Source of the DNA: Dicyema japonicum
Taxonomy: Eukaryota; Animalia; Dicyemida
Length of the DNA stretch: 64,000 bases
Reading direction: 5' to 3'
NCBI GenBank assembly: GCA_011109175.1
Contig: RDEW01000076.1
Location: forward strand, 62,001-126,000
How positions within the stretch are numbered: position 1 is the stretch's first letter; each line of letters begins with the position of its first letter. The translations under genes and the position numbers were made by a program. Positions 48,761-61,756 of the stretch are shown here, one piece after another. The notes beneath the pieces were generated by a model, which was given only the letters and a program-made list of their open reading frames with translations, did no database searches and was not told where the DNA came from.

Positions 48761-50393
48761 TTATTATTATCAGCACTGCCGAGAACACATAAAAAAACAA
48801 AAGTCAATTAAGGTTCCCTTGTGCCGCGCCGGCCACCCTTTGCACCAATCGCATCCAAAGGCCTCTCCGTTTCACAAGATCTATTAGTTCATCGAGGTCA
48901 TCCATTGTTTTCAACTCCCTGCCTATGGCTTTTAGGTCCTCATTTAGCGTGATAGGTAAGGTTGTTCTAGGCCTTCCTCGAATGATTTTGTTTTTTCCAT
49001 GAAATATTCATCTATTACGTGATTTGCCGGGACATCCAGGTCCATCCTCAGAATGTGACCGAACAGTCTTCATCTCGATCTTCTGATTTCCATGGATAAT
49101 GGTTCTGTTTTGCTCAACTTATATAATTGTTCGTTTTTGATCTTCATTTTGTAGTGAATATTAAGTGCCTTCCGAAGCATACTGCGGTCGAAACTGTCAA
49201 TAGACTCCATTGCCCGTTTAGACAAACCCCATGTCCCACAGTTATATATTAGGATGGGCACAACAAAGTATTTGTATATATTTTTCCACAAAGTCTTCTT
49301 CCCGAACTCCATATTTTAGATAGGCTTCTGAAAGCACCAGATGCAAGGATTTTCCCAAAACCAACGAGTAGTCCCCAAAACCAACGACGCGGTATTCTTC
49401 ATTGCAACTCCAACGTCATTCCACAAATCCTGTGCACTATTGTTTGTATTCATCTTGCTTAATTCCTTTCTGAGTTTTTCGCCATACTCTTTCATCTTTA
49501 TTTCATTGCTTATTAGAGTTTCTGTCTCCAATCTTTCGAATTCCGTTTTTCCATATCTTCTAGGTTTGTACAAACTTCCCAAAGAGAACCGAGTGATCAC
49601 CAATTTGTGATCACTTGATGTTTCAAGTTCATCGTATGATCTCGAGTTTCGTATTAGGTATTTGTTCCTTCTTCTGCACAAAATATAATCAATTTGATTA
49701 TATATTTTAATCAAGTTGCCATTTTTGTCCTTTCGTGATCCAGTCCAGGTAGTTTTATGTCTTGCTGGGTGTTCAAAAGCAGTGTTCGTAATAAATAAGT
49801 TGTAGGATTCGCAGAATTGAACCAATGAGACACCAGAGGAATTTCGACGATTCCGAGCATGTGATCCAATACAAGTCTCCCTGGCATTCCAGTCTCCACC
49901 AATAAACGTCAGATATGACGACGAAAGTGAGTCATATGTCCCTGTCAAACATGAGTAAAACGCACCAAGTTCTTCAGGATTGGCATCAGCCCGGACAGCG
50001 GTCGGAGCATAAACATTGATGATAGAAATAACAGAGTTGGGCTTTGTTCCAAACTTCAGTTGCATGACTGCAATACGATGCGAGACAGCCCATACGCGTG
50101 TCACACGGTCGTAAAGATCCCTGTGAACCGCAAATCCAAGACCATAATGTCGGCAGTCAGAGTCCAAAGTGATCATGTAGTAATCATCCAATTTCGTAAT
50201 AGAATATGCTGTAATCTTTGTCTCTTGAATGCAGCAAATACTGACACCATGGATAAATCACGTGCGAGTTGATGTTTTTTGGTGATGAATTCAAGCCTCG
50301 AGTGTTGAAAGTACCAAGAGAGAATGGGCAACGGGTAATTAAGCGCGAAGAAGACATATTTTCAAAGAGGGACGTCACCACCTCAACCAAAAC
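48761..50393 (-). mobile_element. Internally deleted RTE LINE with perfect 13-bp TSD and (TAA)n tail
   Basis: TSD TATCTAGATATTA at 48748-48760 and 50394-50406; APE (GTFNTRGL, INVYAPT, GGDWNA, NQIDYIL, SSDHKLV); RT core absent; 3' domain RGRPRTTLP. Confidence 0.9.
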
Positions 50394-51059
50394 TATCTAG
50401 ATATTAATTTTTTAAATCAAACTACGTGAATTTTCAATAGATTCTGGAGTCGAAAAATTAACCAAATCGTCAATTTGTTCTGGAATCGCACACTAATCAC
50501 TCAAATTATCTAAGTCATAATGTTAAGTATAACCATGAATTATTAAATTTATTCCCTTAATTCCTCGATATCTTTTGAAAGGACTTTCGTTAGAAAATGA
50601 ATGGACCGATATGTTATAACCGTAGACAGCACTTTCTAATTTATCAAGCCACTTTTTTTCACTGTTATCCAGCATTTTTGACAACTTCCTCGTGATCGTC
50701 TGATTAAATCTTTCGACAATTCCTTATGCTCGTGGATTGTTAGGCCTTCCGTGAATTTGCTTAATGTTAAAATCTTCGCAAAGTTTTGTTATTTCTTGAT
50801 TTTTAAATTCAGAACCATTGTCCGACTGAGGAAATAAACATGGCCCATTCAGGGCGGAACAAAGATCTTAAATTTTCACATACTTCTTTACCAGACTTAT
50901 TATAGAGTGGTCGTACGAAAGCGAATCTATAAATTAAAAAAAGCCAACCTACTATAAATGTCAATGACCGTTAAATTCCATTTGAAATTTTCATTTAATG
51001 TTGAAAATTTCAGGTCTATTAGATCTACCTGAAAACGTTCATTTGGAGAAGAAGCAAAC

Positions 51060-51624
51060 ACATGGTGATTTCACACAAAAAAAAAGTTTTCAATTGAGTT
51101 CAAGTCAGGTGAATAAGGGGGTAAATAAAATGTTGTAACACTTTTCGTAATAAAGAAATCTTTAATTTCATCACAATGATGAAATCTAATTGGGGAGTAC
51201 CCATAATTAATTGATGTATGCAAATTAAACCCGGTTTCATCCAAAAATAATAACGGCCTATTTCTAAACCCTAACATTCTTGATGAAAATACTCCCCTTT
51301 CTGCCAAATTTTCTGTACTCAATCTAACTTCGGCCCTTTTCTTGAGTCTTTTTAGGCTTACTGTCTTGTAAAGATCACCGAAAGTAGGATCCTCGAGTTC
51401 ACAGCTTTCGATCTTTTGTATACACCTGTTCAAACTCTTTTTACTGATCGAAGTGATAAATAGACTTTCGTTCATAAAAACCTTGCGACTTCTCATATCT
51501 GTATTAGTTGATAACAAATCTAAAAAATTAAAATTTTAAAATATAGATTTACTTGTGTATTATTTATATATATAACTTGGACATCATTTATGGGAATTGG
51601 GTCAACATTTATGGGAATTGAGTG
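51060..51624 (-). mobile_element. Tc1/IS630-family transposase remnant inserted in the Ginger integrase
   Basis: LLFLDETGFN and YLPPYSPDLNSIENFF; terminus TA|CACTCAATTCCCATAAATG at 51624, with the motif repeated subterminally. Confidence 0.8.
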
Positions 51625-53000
51625 TATATCTCCAATTATAAAAAATCACGAACTTTTAAAGGACGCGAAAATTTGCAGACTTCACAATTTCGAATGACTT
51701 TTCTGACATTCTTTACAGTGAAGTATCTTTGTCGGCATTCATACTAAATTTTATTTGACTCCTCCGTGTGAAAACTCGTGCAACGATTTCGCAACATGCT
51801 CTATTTCATTATCCAGGGATATGACTAACTTGGAATCAGTTGATTTAAGATACAGTCTAAAATTATTGCAAATTTACAATACCTGTCATTGATAATGGAA
51901 AAATTCTCTATCTTCTTTACAAGCCTATATTTTCGGTGACTCGGAAGATTTTCGGGAAATTTATCATACAAAGCATCTATTAAAGTTTGATGTTCAACGC
52001 AATCTTTCACAAAACATTTGTAAGAAGCCATTGCAACAAAATAATCTTCCATGCTATAAATCACGCTAGAAATCTAGGTTTACCGCTATAAAAAAATAAA
52101 ATTTTTATAATCATAACATTTATGAATAAAAAACTAATTTAACAGGATTAAATTATGATATAAATCGGATATACAAAATTAAATGTCGGATAATCAAAAG
52201 ACTTTTTCAAGGTCGAAAAAATGTAACAGGATGCCAATGCGTTACGCGCCGCCCATGTGACATATTGGATTGCTGGATCTAGAGCACTCTATCTGTGAGA
52301 AGAGAGACAAGTTCGTCATAAGATTTTAAAAAAATCTTTACATTTCACACCACTACGGCGCTCAAAGAAAACTGTAATAGCAAAGGAATTTGCCCATGGA
52401 AAGGGGACTGTGCAAAACTTCACTATCACCGGAAAGGATGGTAGTGAAATTCGAGACGAACCTGGAAAGGTGGAAGAAAACAAAAATTATGTGAACTGAA
52501 TTCAAAGAAAAACCTATATGACTCCATCGTAGAGCTCCTTTGTAAAAAGGTGGAACAGTCTAAAATGATGATCTTCATAAGTCCCCGATACATCACTAGA
52601 TTAATTATCTCATGTCAAAGATTAAAGAGAAGATCACCCGATATAACTCTATTACATGAAGAGGTTGTCGACTTGGTCTGTGAATGGGAATATTTCCTCC
52701 CCAATTTGATTATGGTCTGCTTTCTTCAAAATAGAAATATGTATTTTTGAGATGCTAACGCAAAATGGCCATACCATGTCCAAAAAGAACAGTTGATCAT
52801 CTGGTAACCAGATGTAGACTCGATTATACCCGAAAACATAGAGGAATTGTAACACTTACAATATTTAACAAAAATATGAATAAAATCTGGTTAATTTTTT
52901 TAATTACGACAATTATTTAACGTAAAAATTAAGTGTTAACAACTACTGGCTGCTCTCATAATTGAGGACGCATTTCCTGACGATTTGCAAGGTAATGCGG

Positions 53001-53231
53001 TTAATGAGCCAGCTTCTTTTTCAGATAAAGTGAAAACTCCATAAGTACCGAGATATTTTGTGAACTATAAATACTCACTAGATCAAAATTGGATGGATTA
53101 GTACCCCCATTTTTGAAGACTACGTGGATATGCTCAAGTAAACTGTATTTGCGTATATCCAGGTTACTACCCTCAAGAAGACACTCAAAAATGTACATCG
53201 AGTATAAACACGGATTTTCTGAATCACTCAA
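53001..53231 (-). mobile_element. LINE RT remnant
   Basis: VVFKNGGTNPSNFDLVSIYSS...VLME resembles PIFK.G....NYRPISL.S..K..E. Confidence 0.4.
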
Positions 53232-53282
53232 AAAATAAAGGGTGGTAAATTTTTATTGGGGGAAGAAGAGGGTCATTTTTAA

Positions 53283-53480
53283 ATTAATTTATTGAACCAG
53301 AAAAACAGCGTCATAGTCAGAATAAAAAACTTCAGGTGATCTCAGTCTTTCTCATCACTCTTTGCATGCTCGGACTTGAAAGAAGTGATGTCCAGGGGAA
53401 CTCCTCGGCTGTTGACTAATTATCCTTTTTGGATATAATTTTGGATTATATCTGGCGCCATTAGAAATGGTTAACCACAA
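53283..53480 (-). repeat. Dispersed ~200-bp repeat (LINE-like 3' end), copy 2
   Basis: Similar to 39372-39576 (shared RYNPKLYPKR.ISQQP); ends ..EIT*. Confidence 0.75.
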
Positions 53481-53784
53481 GACACACACTAACAATTCAA
53501 GCTCCCTGGAGCCAAAGGGGAAGTGGAGGAACAGAAACAACAAAAACAAAATCTTCAATTCAAGTAGCCAGCACCACACTATCTTTGGCGCCACGTGGTA
53601 TATGTGATATTCCACAAGGATAAATCTAAGGAAAAAATATTTATTTATTATTAAACCCAGGCTTTTTATAATTGTTATTAAAATGACAAATATTTATTAT
53701 TTTTATGAATTTATATTTATTAAATTGACAATTATCAATTATTTATGAATTTATCTGAATAAATAACATTAGCATATTTGGGGG

Positions 53785-56224
53785 ATGTTGTTTCTGTTAG
53801 TGTCATTCGAATGTATTAACTGTTTAACAAGCTGTGTCATACCAAGATTTGGGGTAGAAAAGCACACGTTTGTGAAATATAACGGAAAAATTGCCATTCG
53901 CCTTGAATTCCCAATGAATACAGCAATTGATTCGAGCAACATTCATTTCATTAGTGATTTTTTTGATTTGGTCTCAGAATATATTTTCGTGAAAGCAAGG
54001 ATCCCCATCACGTTCGTGTACTACAACAGAAAGGATGATTTAAACAGTTCTCTTGTTTCACTGCTGGAAACGACGGAGTTGAAGTTTTACAAAATAAATT
54101 TGGACAAACAAATGTTTTTGACTAACAATGATTGTGACATGTCTCAGAGCTTTGTCAACGTGGTTTCCTTGACCTCCTCATACTGCTCAATTGACGAATT
54201 GACTGACTACTTCCCAAACTTCCTGAAACAGTCAAAGATAACATTTCATTCCAATTGCTTGTTTCACAGAGGCAGCAAAGCAAACCACGTGGATTCCTAT
54301 GTTATACATTCAGCCTCTGCCATCGAACAGCAGATCGATGCAGTGGCTAATTTCATGAAAGCAGTCGACGGGAATTTAATAGGAATCGCCTCAAACATGG
54401 AAAACTTCGAACTCGAAGACTTTATAATAATCAGAAACATCTTCTTGAAGTACTCAATTTGTATAGGGGTCTACGGGACCGTCTCAAATACGACTAGCAT
54501 GGATAAATTTTATTCCAGAATGAAGCAAGAAAACACCAAATTACTCTTATTTTATGGAGATTTTGAAAATCTTGAAATTAATGTTGATTTTATGCGGGAA
54601 AATAAGTATTTTGGGATTCAAGTGATTGTCCTGAACAACCATTATTTTGAGGAACCAATCCCTGAAAAGTTCCACGGAATAATTCAGGTCGCCGACGAGG
54701 GCCATTATTACGAACTTTTGACTTCCATTTTAGAAAACCCGAGATTTAACAAGATCAAAAAAGTAATCGACCGTTTCACCGGTGCTTTTGGGAGGGACAA
54801 TCCAATCGCCACCAAACACTTTGCATTTAATCTCATCAACAACCTCATTTTGATCGCTAACTCGATATACAAGCAAATAGAACAATTCTGCTATCAAATA
54901 GACTTGAGTTGATTTTTTAAATAATTTCAGACAATTTAAACGACATCACAGAATGCTTTCACTCGGAATCATTCCGGAATCAACTACGAAAGGTCAACCT
55001 CTACTCATTGATTCCCACCAAAGTCAGTAAAGATGGGACTATCCAGAGAGAACTGAATTTCTGGAAGATCAAGCGTCGAGTCCTCTTGATTGGCTCGTTT
55101 TCTGTGAATGAGAAAAAAATTTATTTCACTAATGAATATTTCTACTTGCAAAACGAATCGAACTTTTCGTGCAAGTCAAAATGTCAAAGAAACCAAATTA
55201 CGTTTCGGGGAAGTACGAGTGCTGCACGAACTGCATGACCTGCCAGAGAAACGAAATGGTGGACATTAACGGAAGATTGTGCAGAAAATGCCTTCCTGGG
55301 TTTTTTCAAGACCCTTCTGATCCGACAAGGTTGTCTGAGGCTCATTCCAGGTGTTATGAGGGCAACTACTTCCTGAACTACATCAATATTACCTTCGGAA
55401 AGATCGTCTTTGCTCTCATTTTGGTAAACTGTTTGCTGATTCTAACTTTTTTCGTTCTGTGCATCAAAAAAAGGAAAGTTGAGATTATTTCCAATGATTT
55501 TCTTACATTCTCCTCGCTGATTATATCAAACTCCATCTCCCTCGCAATCAACCTTCTCTCCCTTGTCAGAATTAACCCCCTAAACTGCCGAGTTGGTTTG
55601 TTTGATATTTCAGATAATTTATTTTTTTGGATTTTTGTCCTTCGATATAATGTACACCACTCTGTTCGTCAAGGCGTTCAAAATATACAGAAACAAAATC
55701 GGGATCAACCTCAACTCAAAGAACGAGAACAGGAAAGATCTTAAAAACACATTTCTGTTAATTTTGGGGATAAATCTGATCCAGGTACAGGGGGTGATCA
55801 ACGTAAGGGTACTTTGACAGGACTCACAATTGTATTCGTCGACCTGAACATCAGATTTGATCCGATCGATGATTTTTACATTCCAAACTGTATTTTCTCC
55901 CAAATTTACTTCATCAACGTGTTGTTTGCCATTCCGTTGATTTTCCCCACAATAATTTTATCCGTTAAACGACGGAAAAGTAAATTCAACTACAATGAGA
56001 TCAAGTCCATTCTTGTCCTGTCAATGGCTTCGATTTTAATTTGGATAATTTACACTATCATTTTATTTAGGTCTCAGTTTCGAACGGAACGATCCTTTTT
56101 AAACCACGTGTTTATTATTATGCATCAAATCATTTTTTTGAGTCTCATGTTTGTCCCCAAATTGTACGCAGCCTACTTTGTCGAGGAAACTAAACACAAT
56201 GCTGTTTGGCTTTATCTTAAATAG
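53785..56224 (+). CDS. Class C (glutamate/CaSR-like) G-protein-coupled receptor, divergent
   Basis: Signal-like N-terminus and long ectodomain; Cys-rich SCKSKC...ECCTNCMTC...CRKC; 7TM with YTTLFVKAFKIY and KRRKSKFNYNEIKSI. Introns 54908-54930, 55592-55613, 55785-55807. Frame break at G4 55207-55210. Confidence 0.85.
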
Positions 56225-56339
56225 AAATTTATTTTTTTTGTTTTTGAGAGTTTTGTCGTAGACTAATATTCTATAGACAAATATTATCATCACGATTCCG
56301 TGTTCCCACGTGGCTACTTTATTGAAGGTTTCCATTCCT

Positions 56340-57480
56340 TCCTTATACTGGCGTCATCGGATTCACCTTACTCAGGAGACGCCCAATGTCTAAAAGGCAT
56401 TCGAAAGGATCCATTAGGAAGGGTCCATCTCTTCACTCTACTGAGAGACTATTTTGCTCTTTGGCGACTAGTTCTGGCTTTGTCCTCCCTGATAATGTCC
56501 TCTGTTTGGATCACTGTCACCGTATGAGGACTCTACTGGAACACATCAAGATCATGGAATAAGTTAGTTTGGTTTTAATGTCGGTCTTTTGAATATTTTC
56601 ATATCACCACGAGCATCTTTGTGACTGAATCCCTATGAATACTTCAAGTTCGTCAAGTGTCCATCGAGTTCAACTGATTCCGTAAAGCACTACAGTATTC
56701 GGTCGCATCTCTCGTGTCTTTCAAACAAAATTAAATTCTCCACTATTTTTTATGCCTGTAAGTCATGGATCACAAATTTCCTCTAAGGCTGAGTCTAACC
56801 TGTTTACACTAACATATGTCTCGTTTCCGCTAACTTTTCATCAATTCTGGGATCAGTTTTCTCCCCCTTACTTTTCAACCTTCACATGTCCACAACTCAT
56901 GCAACATCTTGTTGCTGTCGCCAAAAATAGAGACATCCAAACAGCCTTAAATAATATTCAGAATTACCTAACGTTCAAAGTCCTCTGATTGATGACTTCG
57001 AATTGGATGACTCCTTCACCTTTGAAGTCCTCAGTAACCTTATTCATCACAAATCGAAAGAAGTTCAGATTTAGTTCCACTCTGTCCCTACATGGACACA
57101 ATCTATTTCTGGATGGAAAAGAAGTTCGAGATCTCTTTGCTTGCCATGGAACATCATGATCAAAGTGAAAGTGAAGAATTTCTGGGAGCGAATAGTTTCG
57201 GTGCCACGTTTCCTCACGGTCTCTTTTTCTATATGCTAGCGAATCTTTTACGTTCGCCAACAAAGGAATTTTATATTAACTAAGGTCCGTTTGTACTACA
57301 CGATTTAAGATCCTCTTCATCAGACGTCTCCAGCGGGCTCTGTCCAATTCATGCGACTGTAGGTCTTCAAGGTCGTCTGTAAATTCGAGTTTCTTTCGAT
57401 CATCTTAAGATCCTTGTTGAGGACCAGAGAGAGTGACCCTCTCTGCTTTCTACGTTGTACTGCCAGTTCTTCTGTTGAAG
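56340..57480 (-). mobile_element. RTE-like LINE remnant (APE and linker)
   Basis: Degraded APE-like ORF 56964-57263; RD.TEY.S.L.N linker motif near 56700. Confidence 0.45.
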
Positions 57481-58069
57481 GGTTATTTCACTAAAATCCA
57501 AAATAATCACAAAATAATTTAAGACCGAAAATATTAATTTGATTTCGTTCAATAATAAATAATTTTTATATTATTTTTAAAATTTTAGATGCGAAGATGA
57601 AAAATGACATTTTTTAAAAGAAATACTATTGTTTGCCCTAATAATGACCTAAAGGGATTTTAAAACCTGGACAATTTGCAGTCATAAACAAATTTTTATT
57701 AAAGACACAAGGTGAACAAATGGTCAAACAGTGGCCTTGCAGACTATGAGATCAGTGGCTAACGATTGGAAACAGTTGAAAAGAATGACATTTAATATGT
57801 GTCGTGGACTGCAGAAATAGATACTGGGTTTCCGTGAACCGATGCGCCTGTGGAAAAAAAGTTACACGTTACAGTCGTCAATTACTTTAAAACTTTGTCA
57901 AGTATGAACTCACCATAGTTTTGACAAATTCTAACTCATCTTTCTTTTAGAAATCAACATGTCGAAAAATCTCACAGATTAAATGTCTAGAAAATATCGT
58001 TAAAGCACAAAAATCACGAAATACCGTGCAATAAATATAATTTTCGACATTTCATATTGAATTTATGAG

Positions 58070-58770
58070 GACTATGAAGCAAAGTATAGGAATTTGCCCC
58101 CTACTCGCCTGTAGGAAAGTTGTCCCTTAGTAGTGTCTACGTGGTTAAAAGAATTTTGTAATATTTTGGATTTAAAATTCATATTAATCAAATCAGAGAA
58201 CGACACAAGAAAACTAATCAAAAATGTGTAACAAAATGATATTTTTAGTTTTGTTAAATCCAAAAAATACCCATTACACCCCGTTTACACAGTCAACAAA
58301 AATACTCCCAAACACATTCTTTCAATGAGATTTCTCCAAATTCCACTTCCATGGATTCTCCAATCAACCATTTTTTGACTCCCATGTGCATGGTTTCCAA
58401 CATTTTCTGTGAAATAGAGTTTGGTAGTTACACGAGGACTTACATTTTCTACAACTCCCAGGTGTATTCCGACCTTCTTATACTTTCTCCACAATAGAAG
58501 ATTTTTTTCTGAAGGACAGAAGTAAGTAAATTTTATCTATGTTAAGAACTATTTTGAATCTGTGAAAACATGTAAATCAGAGACCAAAAATCCAAGTCCC
58601 ACAATTTGTGGCCACTGCGCGTTTAAAAAACATTATAAAACCTCTCGGAAAAAATTCCGTTTGTTCTAATATACTCCAGGAGATTTTAGGTGGTGATCGA
58701 TCACGTGATCGCACGATCAAATTTCCCCGTTCCATCTTTAATGCAAATTTCCCCGTTCCATCTTTACCGG
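58070..58770 (-). mobile_element. Probable Merlin (ISXO2-like) transposon remnant
   Basis: SILEQTEFF (SIR.GTFF-like), LIGESMEVEF (IGG...VEIDE-like), IFVDCVNGV (FVDP.TGV-like); GG-starting end with subterminal tandem repeat. Confidence 0.35.
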
Positions 58771-58829
58771 TCAAGCATTCAAATCTCCACTGATAAATGA
58801 GTCAATGTATCCTTCAATGGGAGGTAGAG

Positions 58830-59030
58830 TGCGCTTAATGGGAGTAGGTATCACCAATGGAGATGACTGAGTTCAGTTTCTCCTCGCATTTCAGTTGGAT
58901 AACAAGTTCCGAGACCACCCATACAAGACTCACTTGGCTGTAAAGATGCCGATGGACTGCGAATCCAAGTCCATAGTCTCTTGAAGATAGCAAACATTGT
59001 TCGCATAACTTATAAGATCGTTCCATTATA
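58830..59030 (-). mobile_element. RTE APE fragment
   Basis: YGLGFAVHRHLYSQV..VW.VS...IQLK..K.NSVISI, a close paralog of ORF 49316-50191. Confidence 0.65.
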
Positions 59031-59501
59031 ACTTTTTGGCATTGGATTTGAGATCTCTGGTGTTGAGGGTTTCAAAGGAGAGTGGAAAACGAGTAAGCAT
59101 TATGAAAAAAAGACATTTTTTAGGGAGTTGAATATTATAAGCAATTACGCCGTCATAGAACGTGACAAGGCATGTGGAACACAGAAAATCAAACTAATAG
59201 ATAACTTATATCTCTGACAACTCTACCATTACCCACAGCCTGTCGACGTCCCCTGTCCTTAAGATGTTTCCCGAATTCCTTGGGGTCTTCATCAAGGATG
59301 GTTAGTAGGGTTGTCCTCCATGGAAACGCGGAACTTCAAGAAAAAAGTAATCCTCCAGGGCCATTTCCCAGGTCTAGATGAAATATGTCCCAGGATCTCG
59401 TAGGAAATCACTGTAGCCCTCGTTCTCTTATATTTGAATATCAAACCAATATTTATACAAAAGACCAGTGATAAAAGTAAAAATGAAAAATGTCAAAAAT
59501 A

Positions 59502-61756
59502 TTATAATGCGTCATTAGCAGTAATAGCCGAAATTGAGGGATTAGCATATATTTTCTCCCCCATTTCCTCAAGTAAAGCTTCTCTATATTCATCAAATTC
59601 ATAATCGAGTCCGACAATATTCTGATTCTCAATTAGTGAAAGCACACAATTTGTGTCTCTACCAAGTCTCTCATCGTGAATCACTATAATGACTCCCCCT
59701 TCATAGTTATTTAAAGCCAATGAAAGGGCGTCGATTGATTCAATGTCCAGGTTATTGGTACGTCCAGGATCATCACATGAGGACGTCTACAAGACAGATC
59801 CGCCAATGCCACACGGGACTTTTGACCTCCTGAAAGGTCCCCTATAGGTATCACGTGAGCATAAGAGACTAGTCCAAAACTTCCCAAGAGTTTCCTAGGA
59901 TAGTCCATGTCATAATTTTTCTGAAGATATTCGGCGGCAGTGAGATCATAGGGAAGCTGATCCCCCGAATGTTGGTCGTACTTGCTTATTCTCTTCAATT
60001 TAATATATCAAGGTACCAAATGTCGATTCCATTGCACTTCTCCATCAATCTAAATGTCACCCACGTGTCTACCGGTTCCAATTCTCCACTCAATAGCTTC
60101 AGAAACGTCGTCTTTCCAACTCCATTAGGACCCACTATGGCAACTAGAATTACTTCCACCACAAACCACGTGACGACATCTCAATCCCAAAATTCACGTT
60201 TTTGAACAAATATTTGTCTTTCACATACCCAAATTTCCCATCTTCTACTATTTACCACCAAAAACCAAAAATTCCAAGAATTGGTGGGTCAATCATTGGT
60301 GGCGAGGGAAACGTGAACTTAACTTTGTACTCAATCGGCTTCTGGATGAGTTCCTTCTTATCTTCCTCCTCAACCACAAAAGCCTTCTTCCCCACCTTCT
60401 CCTTCTTCCTGCCCATCATCTTCTTCTGAACGTGTTCCTATGGTCAGATAAGCTATTACAGCTTCCTTTGTGGACTTGCCCGCTGCCTTCATCGTCTTTA
60501 TCCTCTTCTCCTGCAGTTCGTATGACTTTAGCTGGTCCTGTCGTTTTTTTAACTCCATCCGCTTGAAGTTGGCTGGAATTAAAGGGACCGTACTGTAGTT
60601 AGTCCTGTAATAGATCAACTTCTTTTGGTAGAGATGAATAATGTCTGTACAAACATTGTCAAGGAAACTCTGATCGTGAGATACTATTAACAACGTCTTC
60701 TTCCAGTTTATGAGATAACTAAAATGAGAGGACCTCAAACTTGTCCAGCCAGATCACTGCGTTCAAGTCAAGATGGTTAGTGGGCTCGTCCAACAACAGA
60801 AGAGTTGGCTCCATGAACAGGGCTCTGCAATTACTGATAGACTACCTTGCAAGGGATATCCTCATTCTCCATCCACCAGAAAAGTTCTTCGTTGACCTCG
60901 TGGTCATCTCCTTCGTAAATCCAAGTCCTGAAAGGATCCTCAATGCCTTGGCTTCTGCTGAAAATGCCCCACGTGCATTCAACTCCTCGTGGATCTGAAC
61001 TCACTATGATCAATACGGAAGCCATCTCCAAGTGAGCGTCTCGTTGTCCGAATCATCCTCCAACTCCTTCAACCTCTTGTTAAGCTGGGTCACTTCCTTA
61101 TCGGCATTTAACACAAACTCCAGACAGCCAATGTCTCCAACCTGTACTTCTATGAATATTCATGTGGTATGACCTTGTTCACAGTAGATAACATCCATGC
61201 CCTCAGGGATCTTTAGCTTCCTCTCAACCACGTGTCTCAAAAGTGTGGTCTTTCCATGCCTTTTATATACCAAAGATATTACCCATTAGGACCAACAAGA
61301 CCATATTTCCGTCCTCCAGATATCAGCAAAGAGGCATTATGGAACAAACACTTCCACGTGCATCGATAGAGAAGTTTTCAATGTGAATATCATTGGACAT
61401 CGCCGGGACATTCCCTGCCTTCCTAGACGTGCTCTGACTCACAGTAAAGTTTACGAGGACTTCATCTTCCTCATTCACTTTGGTGTTAGATATCTCAGCC
61501 AGTTGTTTTTCATATAACTTCTGTCTTTCTAACTTCTTTTGCTCTTTCCTGCTAATAGAAGGCTGAGATACTATAGTCTCGTTGTTTTGATTTTTTTGGT
61601 TATCAGAGGAATTTTGTTCATTTAAGTTTATTTTATTAAACTCAGACTTTCCAATAGATGAATCTGACTCATTTAACTCGACATCTGGTGATTTTTTGCT
61701 TGTTTTTTCTGTCTCGTTGTTTGCAACTTTGTATTTGGCTTTCTTTTTGTTCCCAT
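59502..61756 (-). CDS. ABCF1: ABC-F family ATPase ABCF1 (several apparent frame lesions)
   Basis: NBD1: [47 protein letters not shown]; linker GKSTKEA; NBD2: [21 protein letters not shown]. Introns 21-24 nt. Confidence 0.9.

Larger units (their letters stand above)
48271..52262 (-). mobile_element. Ginger-type DNA transposon with ~50-bp TIRs, 5-bp TSD and gypsy-like integrase; carries nested insertions
   Basis: TATTG|TGTCACATGGGC...GCCCATGTGACA|TATTG. Integrase pieces: ORF 51825-52064, RNCEVC (51650-51715), NERFQVDLID, SDNGSEF, HGRPNNP, ERFNQTI (50555-51050). Confidence 0.9.
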
